Origin: a virus
IMG/VR virus record: IMGVR_UViG_3300025133_000026
DNA length: 64,000 nt
Strand: one strand, 5' to 3'
In this document: piece by piece, positions 18,446 to 28,066 of the stretch
Numbering within the stretch: position 1 is the first letter of the stretch
Layout of the letters: every line of letters begins with the position of its first letter
Made by a program: the position numbers and the translations under genes
The notes under the pieces: generated by a model
Databases searched by the model: none
Told to the model about the DNA's origin: nothing
Seen by the model: only the letters and a program-made list of their open reading frames with translations

Positions 18446-19657
18446 ATGAGTACTTTTAAAGACCTTCCTGCTGAAGAAAAAGTCAGCAAATGGCTTGCTA
18501 CTGTTCTTGTAGGGAGTGATGCAAACATGCAGTGGTATGCTGCTGCACTATCTCAATTCGCCTTTGGAACAACAAGTGAAGTTCCTACGATGGCTCTTAC
18601 TATGAGCTTCGAAACTTTACAACCAAAAATTGTTTACAATGTCAAGTTTGTTAAAGACCTTGACTTTCCTGAATTCGGAGCAATTCTAATTCATGAACTC
18701 TGGCACTTTCTTAATCGCTCATTTATGCGTCAAGAATTTCGTGACCCAACTGGGTGGAACTTTGCAACTGACAGTGCAATGAACTGGCATATTGAGAGAG
18801 ATTTTTCTCATAAACCTCTAGTTCAACTTCCAGACAATTGTCTTCAAGCTCCTAAGGAAATGAAGCAAGAAGACGTTTACTCAGAAAATCTTTACAAAGT
18901 AACAACAGGCCAAGGTAAAGACAAACAATCAGGACAGCCCGGCGCGGGTTCTCCCCTAGAGCAAGCCTGGGATGATTTTCAGGCTGGAAAGACTAAGCTA
19001 GTTGATGACCACTCTCTTTGGGGTACATTCAACGACGTTCCTGAAGAAGCGATTGGAAACAAAGTTGTTGAGATTATTGACAACGCAACAAGATTTGCAG
19101 GAAGCGAACCTCATGGAGCAGCAAAGATTCTTCGTGAGTTGCTTGAGTCTAAGGTTCCTTGGGGTCAACTACTTCGTAGATTTGCAGGTGACTACCTTAA
19201 GATTGGTAGCAGGCCATCCTGGAAGCGTTATAACAGACGTATGGGAGAAAGCCAGCCCGGCAAAATTATTAAGCGTGGTGGAAAGCTTGTTATCCTTGTA
19301 GATACTTCTGGCTCTACAGCTGGAGACCAAGCACAGTTCTGGGGAGAGATTGACTTTGTTGCACGAAGTTTTGAAACCTGGGTCATCCAATGTGATGCTG
19401 CAGTTCAAGGCAAGCCCATTAGATATCATAGAGGGGTTGGGAAATCTCTTGAGATTAAAGGCTATGGCGGCACCGATATGAATCCAGGTATTGAAGCAGC
19501 AAAGAAGTTAAAGCCAGATCTCTTTGTTTGTTTTACTGACGGATACCTTTTCGGAGAACCTGTCCCAACTGGAAAACCAGAGCTTTGGGTTATCTGTCAG
19601 AATGGCGTAGAAGTCAAAAACAGACGATGTATCTTCATCGAGAGCAAAGATAAATGA
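18446..19657 (+). CDS. Metallopeptidase plus vWA-like protein (DUF2201 type), MoxR partner
   Basis: HELWH (HExxH); VILVDTSGS MIDAS; QCDA; GYGGTDM; FTDGY. Confidence 0.88.
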   Translation: MSTFKDLPAEEKVSKWLATVLVGSDANMQWYAAALSQFAFGTTSEVPTMALTMSFETLQPKIVYNVKFVKDLDFPEFGAILIHELWHFLNRSFMRQEFRDPTGWNFATDSAMNWHIERDFSHKPLVQLPDNCLQAPKEMKQEDVYSENLYKVTTGQGKDKQSGQPGAGSPLEQAWDDFQAGKTKLVDDHSLWGTFNDVPEEAIGNKVVEIIDNATRFAGSEPHGAAKILRELLESKVPWGQLLRRFAGDYLKIGSRPSWKRYNRRMGESQPGKIIKRGGKLVILVDTSGSTAGDQAQFWGEIDFVARSFETWVIQCDAAVQGKPIRYHRGVGKSLEIKGYGGTDMNPGIEAAKKLKPDLFVCFTDGYLFGEPVPTGKPELWVICQNGVEVKNRRCIFIESKDK

Positions 19658-20098
19658 AGGCATATAGTACCAAAGAGGGAAACTTCTTTGGTATTCCTTA
19701 TACAAAAAGGCAATGGAATAGTTTTCAATATAAACAAACCATGTGTCCTGATTTCTCCTTATAGAAACCCAAAAAGTTACTAAAAAATATGACAGATTTT
19801 ACAGAAAACATTTATGCCTTTTTTCAATAAATCTCTGAACTCTTTAAAGGCTCATGTAAACAAGAACAGGGTAGCTAGAATTAAATCTCATATTCAAGAA
19901 AGTCATTTCTCTTTTTCTTCTTGGGCTGGAGATTATCGCGAAGACTGCTCGTTTCTCCTTGAGAAATAAAAAGTTTACAAAAACAACTTGATTATCAAAC
20001 AATGATGACAACAAATCATAATGATTTACCCGAAAAGAATGCAGATGAGCAAAGCTCTACTGCAAAAGAATAACAAACAAAGATAAACAGGAGTAAAT

Positions 20099-20359
20099 AT
20101 GACGTCACATCAAAGAAGTACACTTAGTCGTGTATCACGTCAGCGCTTTACCCAGCGTTATGGTTCAACCAGTTACAATATCATCAGCTCCTATGTTGCT
20201 TCAGACCGCAGCCTTAGCTCGCAAGAGCTTGCACAGACGCTTGGCGTCGCTGTCGGTACTGTTCGTACCACTCTAGGTAATTTTACCCGTGGTGCTTATG
20301 GCAGCATCGTTGATGACTGTAACTTTACTAGCCGTCACTTCCGTCCTGCTGTACGATAA
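20099..20359 (+). CDS. Small basic HTH-like DNA-binding protein
   Basis: SSQELAQTLGVAVGTVRTTLG helix-turn-helix pattern; AGGAG SD; CGT-rich codons. Confidence 0.65.
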   Translation: MTSHQRSTLSRVSRQRFTQRYGSTSYNIISSYVASDRSLSSQELAQTLGVAVGTVRTTLGNFTRGAYGSIVDDCNFTSRHFRPAVR

Positions 20360-20381
20360 ACAGCTTTCTCCAACCAAAAGA

Positions 20382-20409
20382 GAGGGGAACACAAATTTGT
20401 GTTCCCCTC
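20382..20409. terminator. Perfect 28-bp palindrome (terminator or operator)
   Basis: gaggggaacacaaa|tttgtgttcccctc is exactly self-complementary. Confidence 0.65.
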
Positions 20410-20423
20410 GCAGGTTTATAACA

Positions 20424-21734
20424 ATGGACTCTATTGCTTTTACCCCAACATATAATCTGAAATCTAGTAATCCTATTTCAAAAATGGGAAAAAAGTATCT
20501 TCAGTCAATTCATCAACTAAGTGCTTTGTATTGTGTAACTAAATCTCAAAGAATAGATGCAGAACTATTGAAAAATGAAATGTATAGTACTTTAATATAT
20601 CCAATATTATTTACAGTAACTACAGATACAGACATTTTTCATAGAGTGGTCGCTTCACAAAATGTACTTACAAAACTAATTAAAAATACAGAACAAGGAG
20701 ATATGTTTTTGAGTCTTCCTCCTTGGGTGAATGATTTAGAAGATCAAAGCGATGCCGAAATCCATGGGACAACTATTTTTACCCAAATTGAAGGGAAAAA
20801 TATAGTCTTCTCTCATCCAGAGACAGTTGTGGGCCTTGCAGATTTTGGGATACAACTTACAAAAGGATGTAATTCAAAATACTGGGCTCTTCCCATTTCT
20901 TTAAAGAAAGATTTTACAATACCTTTATCTATAGGAGAAACAGTAGCTGCATTTACAGAAGCAGAACACCAACAATTTCTTAAAATTTATCAACAAACTT
21001 TACAGGGAAATATATATGTTGGAAATCTTATTCATAATGCTGCTCCTAGTACTTTAAAATATTCTCTTTTTTCTATCAAAGAAATAGGATTATTTCTTGG
21101 GTATATCAATTATATACTTCTTTATTCAAGCAGTTACCCCACCCTTGGTGCTGAACTTCACAATGCATTGCTAGATTCGAAAAGTACTTCAGATCAGATC
21201 AATAATTTGTTTGATCAAGTTAATAAAAGAAAATCATGGATTTCCTCGATTGCTTCTTATCCTACAATTAAAACAAATATAATTCAAATTCAAAACATTG
21301 CAAAACAAGTATCGATAGCAAGTCTTTCTTACTCAGCCTGTATTGGACCTGTCAGTCTCCCTGAAAACTCAATGCAAACAAAAGAAAAGAAAGATATTAA
21401 ATATAATATTCAATTCAGAATTCTCGATAAAAATAGACTAAGGGTTCAGTGTAAAAAGACTGGTGGATACGCATCAGAAGCATCTTATATATTTGACCTG
21501 TCCTCATCTTCAATCCTCTTACAAGCAAAGAATCTTTCTGACTTTAAAGAAAGAGATGTTCAGTTACTTATTCAAGAAAAACAACTTCAACATCTTTCTT
21601 ATGAAAAATCTTCATTTTATAAAGGCAGTGACCAATATTATTGTAAAGGAATATATGACCCAGCAAAAGGTCTTCTTGTCAGTATCAACGGAACAAAAAC
21701 ATTAATTGCAAAAGCAACAGAACTACAATTCTAA
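20424..21734 (+). CDS. Large hypothetical protein
   Basis: ATG 20424 downstream of the palindrome; no motif recognised. Confidence 0.75.
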   Translation: MDSIAFTPTYNLKSSNPISKMGKKYLQSIHQLSALYCVTKSQRIDAELLKNEMYSTLIYPILFTVTTDTDIFHRVVASQNVLTKLIKNTEQGDMFLSLPPWVNDLEDQSDAEIHGTTIFTQIEGKNIVFSHPETVVGLADFGIQLTKGCNSKYWALPISLKKDFTIPLSIGETVAAFTEAEHQQFLKIYQQTLQGNIYVGNLIHNAAPSTLKYSLFSIKEIGLFLGYINYILLYSSSYPTLGAELHNALLDSKSTSDQINNLFDQVNKRKSWISSIASYPTIKTNIIQIQNIAKQVSIASLSYSACIGPVSLPENSMQTKEKKDIKYNIQFRILDKNRLRVQCKKTGGYASEASYIFDLSSSSILLQAKNLSDFKERDVQLLIQEKQLQHLSYEKSSFYKGSDQYYCKGIYDPAKGLLVSINGTKTLIAKATELQF

Positions 21735-21744
21735 AGGAAAATCA

Positions 21745-22506
21745 ATGAGTAGCGGATATCATTATGGCGGATCAGGCTTTGGACAAAATATTGGTTGGTG
21801 TTTTGACACCAAAAATATAGAATTTTGGGGCTCATCAAAATCAAAATTAGATGATGTGTTAGATTCCACAGGTGAAGACTTTGCAGATACTGACCTTATC
21901 ATTAACTGCACTGGGCTCCCCTATACTATTAAACCTTTTATTAAGTCTGCTCCGACATGGCTTTTAAAAGAAAACAAAACAGAAAAAAGTTTGTCTCTTC
22001 CGCAACCACATCAATTAGTTCTTGAATGGAAAGACTTTAGTCCTCCCCCTAGGCATTATGAAAACCTAGATTTTTGGAAAAATATAGTAACAAGAGCAGA
22101 AGAACATGGAATCAAACGAATTTTTGTTTGCTGCCAAGGAGGTAAAGGACGTACTGGGACTGCTCTTTCTGCTCTTATGATGGCGACAAACATGGCCGAG
22201 GATCCATTCCAGGCTATTAATCGAGTTAGAGAAAACTATACAGAAAAAGCAGTAGAAACAACTAGTCAAACTAAATATCTCATCAACTGTTTCTATCCAG
22301 AAGGAGAAGAAAGAACTGAAGTTTATGATTATTTAGATCAGTTAGAAAAACAACGCCGAGCAGCTGAAAAATCAAAGACAACCACTAAATGGAAGCGTCC
22401 ACAATCAAATCAAGCTATAGCCGATGATGATCTCTATGAGGATGTTCTTGATGATGATACAGAAGATTCTGTCTCTTTTAAAACGTCTTATTCCAGCTAC
22501 AAGTAA
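21745..22506 (+). CDS. Dual-specificity / protein-tyrosine phosphatase (CX5R)
   Basis: FVCCQGGKGRTG P-loop; WKDF acid loop; AVET.SQ; acidic tail. Confidence 0.9.
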   Translation: MSSGYHYGGSGFGQNIGWCFDTKNIEFWGSSKSKLDDVLDSTGEDFADTDLIINCTGLPYTIKPFIKSAPTWLLKENKTEKSLSLPQPHQLVLEWKDFSPPPRHYENLDFWKNIVTRAEEHGIKRIFVCCQGGKGRTGTALSALMMATNMAEDPFQAINRVRENYTEKAVETTSQTKYLINCFYPEGEERTEVYDYLDQLEKQRRAAEKSKTTTKWKRPQSNQAIADDDLYEDVLDDDTEDSVSFKTSYSSYK

Positions 22507-22534
22507 AGAAGAATTGCAACTAGGTGCAAAAACA

Positions 22535-24373
22535 ATGTCTTTTATTAAAAAGAAAAATATTGATGATGAGGTTCATCTATATGAAGAATATGCCCAAAAG
22601 GGAAATATCTTTCAGCCATCTAAAAATGTGAAAAAGATTAAAACTCAAAAAGCAAAAGGTGTCCTTGCTATTGAAGAGTATGCAATCCATGTTCAGTCTG
22701 TTAGGTGGAGCATTAACAGACATCTCTTGTTTGAGGCTGGGAGAGAATTTACTAAAGAAAATTTTAATTACCCTGTCTTTGTAAGACCGTGTCCTACAGT
22801 ACCCAGACATGGTTTTGTAGACTCAACAACATGCAAGACAGCCACACAATTAAACAAAATCTCTAAACAAACCCATAAGGTTGAACCTAAAGCAGAATTA
22901 CTTATTACCAAACCTATTCCTGCTACATATAGTGCGATCATCTCTGGTGATAGAATTACTTTTGGACCAGGAAATGATGGAGCTACTTCCGGCAAGCAAT
23001 GTCAATCTTTATATATCTCTGAGCCAGATTATCTCAGGCAACATATTATTAAAGACAATTGCGGGATAACCGAAGACCAGATTCCTTATTATGAATTAGT
23101 TTGTACTCAAAGAGAAACATTTCTTGTTCAAGTACGTGGGGGACCAGAGCTTCCTACATCAAAAAACTTTGTTCCGAATCAACTTATAGTAAACAAAGTA
23201 GTTAAAGCCGAGGGTGACCTTTTAAAATGGGAAACCATTGTAAGATCACTAAATCCTAAAACTACAGTTATTGATCACACTGAAGGAACCCTCTCCTCTC
23301 ATTACGCTGTTCACGCTATTCTAAACAACATTCCTATTTTTACTGAAAACTGTCCTCGGGTTGGTGACTTGGTTGTTCCTACCGAGGCTGCAAATGAAAT
23401 TACAGATGAAGAAAGAAAAGAATTTGCTAATGCTTACCTTTTCGGTCTCTCTAATATCAATACAGTTCTTAAAGAAAATAATGGGGGAGTAGATTTCTTT
23501 CGCCGCTCAACCAGACAGATTGTAGAGCTTGCTGTTGCATGTTTACATAACTTTAGTGCTCTCTATCGTCACAGAGACTGGAAGCTCTTAGGGACGACTC
23601 TAGGCTTGTTCGCAAGGGTTTGTTACTCTGTCTCTGCAGGAGAAATGAGACACGCTAACTCTAAAGCAAATAAAGAGTGGAAGAATATAAAAGCTTGTCA
23701 TACACATGAAGAGCGTGGGAAAACTTACCGTAAAAATTTATGTCTTAGTGCCCCAGATGTTCAAACAAGCATTGAAGATATTTGCAAAGGCTTTAGCATT
23801 AAAGGTTGGGAGTCAGGATTTGGAGGAAAAGCATGGGCTAATTGTACTTCTTCAATCATGGAGCTACACAATCATTGTGTTGACGGGGATATCAAAGAAG
23901 CAGTTGCTCAATTCAATAATGTTATTCATGAAGAACATAACGGTGGCCTATATCTTAACAAAGTAGTTAATTCTGGTATCTTTGATACTGCTGCTAGAAA
24001 CTCAACTCTGTTTATGTTTCAGAATTTAAAAAATAGTATTCATATTCTTGGTAGTCTTTATAATCAATCACAACCAAAAGAATATTGTCTTCGCAAACTT
24101 TTTATTTCAGCTTCTGCTCAACCAAAAACTCAACCAAAAAAGGCAGAGCCTACAGATATGACAATTAAAAGAACAGGAAAACAAACACTTCTTACTTCTC
24201 CCGATATTTGTATTGACCTTACTAATGATTACAGTTGGGATTTATGGAATACCACAGAAAAAGAAACTCCACTTTACTCTGGAAAGATTCCTTATTGGTA
24301 TACAAATAGCAAAGGAAAGAAAGTTATATCTAAAGCAAAGGTAACTAAACTATGCAAACAAAACAAGTCATAA
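22535..24373 (+). CDS. PEP-synthase/PPDK-like ATP-grasp plus phospho-His swivel domain fused to an unknown C-terminal domain
   Basis: TQKAKG, FVRPCP..PRHGF, ELLITKP and FLVQVRG resemble the PEPS ATP-grasp; GTLSSHYAVHA..NIP resembles the GGxTSHAAIxAR..GIP His domain. Confidence 0.6.
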   Translation: MSFIKKKNIDDEVHLYEEYAQKGNIFQPSKNVKKIKTQKAKGVLAIEEYAIHVQSVRWSINRHLLFEAGREFTKENFNYPVFVRPCPTVPRHGFVDSTTCKTATQLNKISKQTHKVEPKAELLITKPIPATYSAIISGDRITFGPGNDGATSGKQCQSLYISEPDYLRQHIIKDNCGITEDQIPYYELVCTQRETFLVQVRGGPELPTSKNFVPNQLIVNKVVKAEGDLLKWETIVRSLNPKTTVIDHTEGTLSSHYAVHAILNNIPIFTENCPRVGDLVVPTEAANEITDEERKEFANAYLFGLSNINTVLKENNGGVDFFRRSTRQIVELAVACLHNFSALYRHRDWKLLGTTLGLFARVCYSVSAGEMRHANSKANKEWKNIKACHTHEERGKTYRKNLCLSAPDVQTSIEDICKGFSIKGWESGFGGKAWANCTSSIMELHNHCVDGDIKEAVAQFNNVIHEEHNGGLYLNKVVNSGIFDTAARNSTLFMFQNLKNSIHILGSLYNQSQPKEYCLRKLFISASAQPKTQPKKAEPTDMTIKRTGKQTLLTSPDICIDLTNDYSWDLWNTTEKETPLYSGKIPYWYTNSKGKKVISKAKVTKLCKQNKS

Positions 24374-24442
24374 TAGACCTTATTAGAATAAACTATAAAC
24401 AATTTTCAACACTGTTAATTAAAGATTTAATTAGGAATAAAA

Positions 24443-24871
24443 ATGAATGTAAAGCAGGTTATTGTTGTAAGAACAAAATACCCCGATAATAAAGGGGGAA
24501 CACGAAAATTAAGAACGGGAAAACTTATGGCACAAGCCGCTCATGCTTCAATGAAAGTCTTTCTCGACATGATGGCTGAAACAACTTATGAAAACAGTCC
24601 ATACAGTTCCTTTTTTATGGAACTAAGCCACACAAGCCCTGTATATCACTGGCTGTCTGGTCCTTTTGCAAAGATCTGTTGTTATGTAGAGAGTGAAAAA
24701 GATCTATTGGACTTATATTACAGAGCCCGCGCAGCGGGCCTTCCTGCTAGTCTTATTAAAGACTCGGGCAAGACTGAATTCCATGGTGTTCCTACCAATA
24801 CATGTATTGCTATAGGACCAGCAGAGAATAAAGATATAGATAAGATCACTGGAGATTTGAAACTACTATGA
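24443..24871 (+). CDS. pth2: Peptidyl-tRNA hydrolase type 2
   Basis: KQVIVVR, GKLMAQAAHA, KICCYV.SE, IKDSGKTEF, TCIAIGP, IDKITGDLKLL. Confidence 0.95.
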   Translation: MNVKQVIVVRTKYPDNKGGTRKLRTGKLMAQAAHASMKVFLDMMAETTYENSPYSSFFMELSHTSPVYHWLSGPFAKICCYVESEKDLLDLYYRARAAGLPASLIKDSGKTEFHGVPTNTCIAIGPAENKDIDKITGDLKLL

Positions 24872-25125
24872 AAGAAAATTGGAGAACAGACCCTCTTCCC
24901 AAAAGAAGGTTTTTCTTCTGGGGAAAGGGAGAAATAGATGGTGTCTTTTGTCACTCTATCTTTATAAGAGAACAAGACTTTCATCCTGATGATCTCAAGC
25001 TTCCATATCGTCGAAGAAGAATGGTCTGGGGGCATAGAAGAATAGATATAATCTCTTGTCGTTGGAGTAGGGGAGAGCCTTACAGAATGAGGGGATGGTC
25101 TGAAATAGAAGAACCGCAGGATTAG
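24868..25125 (+). CDS. Hypothetical protein
   Basis: ATGA overlap with pth2. Confidence 0.55.
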   Translation: MKENWRTDPLPKRRFFFWGKGEIDGVFCHSIFIREQDFHPDDLKLPYRRRRMVWGHRRIDIISCRWSRGEPYRMRGWSEIEEPQD

Positions 25126-25126
25126 A

Positions 25127-25360
25127 ATGATATTAAAAAATATTATCTTAGATCTCTTGGAAAACAAGAGTAGACTTAAAAAACATAATCAATTACGTTC
25201 TCGAATAGAAAACTTTACTCCACCTGGTCAGCCAAATTATAGTTGTTCATTTCAGTTTGGTGGTTCACAATTAAGATGGAAGTGTGGTTGTGAACGAACC
25301 ATCATGAACAAAACACACTATAACGAATTATGTCAGACACACCTAAATCAACTGAAGTAA
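25127..25360 (+). CDS. Hypothetical Cys-containing protein
   Basis: Small ORF in the array. Confidence 0.55.
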   Translation: MILKNIILDLLENKSRLKKHNQLRSRIENFTPPGQPNYSCSFQFGGSQLRWKCGCERTIMNKTHYNELCQTHLNQLK

Positions 25361-25623
25361 AAGCTTACAAGAGACCACGCCCTACACGTAGACAACTCAA
25401 GAGAGAAATACAGATAGGACGTGAACATATTGGAGAATTAGCAAGTTGGCAAAAAGGACGTGAACAACGTATAGCTATTTGTCTTGGTCTTTCAAAGAAT
25501 GCAACTCTGCCAATGATTGAAAAGGAGGCGCGGAGATTATACACTATCTCTCAGAAACAAGCACAGGGCACTTCTCTTCTTCCTAAAAAGACTAAAAAGA
25601 AAAAGACAAAATCCAAAGTATAA
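25330..25623 (+). CDS. Hypothetical basic protein
   Basis: K/R-rich small ORF. Confidence 0.6.
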   Translation: MSDTPKSTEVKAYKRPRPTRRQLKREIQIGREHIGELASWQKGREQRIAICLGLSKNATLPMIEKEARRLYTISQKQAQGTSLLPKKTKKKKTKSKV

Positions 25624-25670
25624 TATTCTTGTAGCCTTCAGGGCTCATAGACATAAAGGAGTAACTAGCT

Positions 25671-26549
25671 TTGGTTCAAGAGACTCTTCATACCGTTCAC
25701 GTTGATCCCAACACATTGAATAATCTTTATAACAAGAATGCTGTTAAGATCAGTGATGTTAATTCTAACTATCCAATCCTTTCATCAGAAATTCTTTATC
25801 CTAATGCACAGCTTATCCTTAAGCATGAATCACAAAGTGCATTGGCTGTTATTGATCCCGCTTGCAATTTTATAGAGCTATGCTTTAGTAATAATGCACC
25901 GTTTGGCATTAGTCCTCGCAACACAGAACAAACAGTTCTAATGCATCAATTACAAAATGATGATATTAAGTTACAGATTATTGCAGGAAAAGCTGGCTGC
26001 GGCAAGTCTCTGCTTGCAATGGCTTCAGGCCTTAGTAAAGTTCTAGAAGATAATCTGTATAAAAGACTAGTTATTACTAAGCCTACTTATCAAGTGGGAG
26101 AAAAGGGTGCCTTCGCCGCAGTCCCCGGTAATATTCAAGAAAAGTATGAACCTTATCTTATGAACTTCATGATGACTCTTGAAGAGTTAGGCATGGAGAG
26201 AGCTTATCTAAATATTATTAAAGAGAAAAGATTAATAGAATTTGTACCTCTGCAATTAATGAGAGGAATGTCTTTTAAAAACTGCATGGTAGTCGCTGAT
26301 GAAGTACAGTCTCTATCAAGACATGAGATGCAAACTCTTTGCTCAAGAATTGGAGCTAACTCCAAGCTTGTTTTGCTTGGTGATCCAAGACAAATAGATA
26401 GAAGCATATCATTTAATGAAACAGGCCTTGCCCGTTTAATCAAATCTGACAGAATAAAATATTCTGATCTATGTGCTATGACTCATCTAACAAAGAATGA
26501 AAGAAGTAGACTTAGTACATTATTAGATGATGTTCTTTTAGAAGACTAA
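25671..26549 (+). CDS. phoH: PhoH-like ATPase
   Basis: GKAGCGKS, RGMSF, DEVQSL, LLGDPRQID, ERSRL. Confidence 0.92.
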   Translation: MVQETLHTVHVDPNTLNNLYNKNAVKISDVNSNYPILSSEILYPNAQLILKHESQSALAVIDPACNFIELCFSNNAPFGISPRNTEQTVLMHQLQNDDIKLQIIAGKAGCGKSLLAMASGLSKVLEDNLYKRLVITKPTYQVGEKGAFAAVPGNIQEKYEPYLMNFMMTLEELGMERAYLNIIKEKRLIEFVPLQLMRGMSFKNCMVVADEVQSLSRHEMQTLCSRIGANSKLVLLGDPRQIDRSISFNETGLARLIKSDRIKYSDLCAMTHLTKNERSRLSTLLDDVLLED

Positions 26550-26599
26550 TCTTTTTCAAAAGATTATGGGAAAGGAAGAGGGTAAAACCTCTCCCTGTT

Positions 26600-26938
26600 T
26601 TGTTTATGATTATAAAATCTTACACTGATTCAGAATGTGTTGTCCTTTGTATCTTCTGTACTATAACTTATCGTTTAATAAGTAATTTTATTTTAGAGTG
26701 TTCTCTTGATCATGGCAATGGGGCTCATGATTATATAATCATGAGGCCTGGCGATAATATTATTCCAGGAGATCTTATTGCCTCAAACTGGTTATACCCA
26801 CTCACCAAGTGGCAAGAAAATCTTAAGAAAGAAATAATAGAAATTGAATATAAATATATAACTATAGGGAAAGAGTTTCCTAAGATACTTCAAATACTGC
26901 AGGAAAGGATTAAACGATGGGATACATCAGAGAATTAG
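26600..26938 (+). CDS. Hypothetical protein, tandem family A
   Basis: IIEIEYKYITIGKEFPKILQIL. Confidence 0.65.
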   Translation: MFMIIKSYTDSECVVLCIFCTITYRLISNFILECSLDHGNGAHDYIIMRPGDNIIPGDLIASNWLYPLTKWQENLKKEIIEIEYKYITIGKEFPKILQILQERIKRWDTSEN

Positions 26939-27237
26939 ACCTGCCACCTGGCAGTAAATATAGATGTATATACGGTGTTCATCTTAAAATTAAAAGAAAG
27001 AGGGAGCACTATACTGGATGGACTTTTTATGCTTCTGCAGACCATCTCAACAGATGGAGACTAACACCTACTCTAGGGTATGGAAAAACATATTTGTCTT
27101 CCGAAGCACAAGAAGAATTTGTAAAAATTCTCCTTAACCTAGAGTATGAGCACCTAACTTCTGGTGATAAGACTTACTTCCCTAATCTATATCCAGTACT
27201 GAGAAAATTAGAAAATGATGCAGATAAAAAAGGTTGA
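26917..27237 (+). CDS. Hypothetical protein, tandem family A
   Basis: LLNLEYEHLTSGDKTYFPNLYPVL. Confidence 0.7.
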   Translation: MGYIRELDLPPGSKYRCIYGVHLKIKRKREHYTGWTFYASADHLNRWRLTPTLGYGKTYLSSEAQEEFVKILLNLEYEHLTSGDKTYFPNLYPVLRKLENDADKKG

Positions 27238-27466
27238 AGATATCTATGAATGGAAACCTATCCATATTCATATAGAAAAAAATAGTTATCAACTGTCAAC
27301 AGAGTGGTCTCGAAATGAATCGGTAACAAACCTCTCGCCTTTTTATCGAAAAGATTTATTAAATTGCTTGCAAAACTTACAATACAAAGCTATAATAACT
27401 GAAGATAAAGAGTTCTTTCCAGAACTCTTACCACTATTAAAAGCATTAGAAGAAATAGATCAATAA
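27215..27466 (+). CDS. Hypothetical protein, tandem family A
   Basis: LQNLQYKAIITEDKEFFPELLPLL. Confidence 0.7.
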   Translation: MMQIKKVEDIYEWKPIHIHIEKNSYQLSTEWSRNESVTNLSPFYRKDLLNCLQNLQYKAIITEDKEFFPELLPLLKALEEIDQ

Positions 27467-27469
27467 TTA

Positions 27470-27796
27470 ATGACTGAAAAATATATTCTCAAAGTAAAAA
27501 CCTGGGCCCCAATTAGTTTTCATAAAAATGAAGATGATAGAATCATTGCTTTCGCAGACAAGCCGCGCAAAAAATATATTCTATCAGAAAAACCACTCTA
27601 TCTTTCAGGGTTTGACGGCTGGGCTGATCATTGGTTATGCAAAACAAAAGAAACTTTAGAAGATTCAATATATGAGTCTCTTCTTTGTGGCAATAAAGAA
27701 CAATTAGATTTAATAGAAAGACTTTTATTTCTTACCAAGAAAGCAATTTATTTTCAAACTATTAGTAATCGAAAAAATATATATCAAAATGAATAG
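27470..27796 (+). CDS. Hypothetical protein with the shared motif
   Basis: LEDSIYESLLCGNKEQLDLIERLL. Confidence 0.65.
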   Translation: MTEKYILKVKTWAPISFHKNEDDRIIAFADKPRKKYILSEKPLYLSGFDGWADHWLCKTKETLEDSIYESLLCGNKEQLDLIERLLFLTKKAIYFQTISNRKNIYQNE

Positions 27797-28037
27797 AGAA
27801 GAATTAATCCAAAGTATAGAACACTCCTTAAACTCATCTGGTCTATCAGACAGAGAGAAAGTACGTGCACTTAGCAATGTCTTGATTGACTATGGATGTG
27901 CACTTGAGTCTATATCTGAACCAGTTACCACCACCACACTTAAAAAGATAGAGCAAGACTATTATCAGTCCCCAACCTTGGGTAAAGCTCTTATCATGCA
28001 AGGAAGCCTCATGCTTACATGGGGTGCAACACATTAA
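27789..28037 (+). CDS. Hypothetical protein
   Basis: Overlapping ORF in the array. Confidence 0.65.
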   Translation: MNREELIQSIEHSLNSSGLSDREKVRALSNVLIDYGCALESISEPVTTTTLKKIEQDYYQSPTLGKALIMQGSLMLTWGATH

Positions 28038-28066
28038 ACACAAATAAAAATAACAGGATAAATCAT

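Noticed and set aside
26574-26600. Terminator after phoH
   Set aside because: The stem is short and bulged and overlaps the next putative start, so support is too weak.
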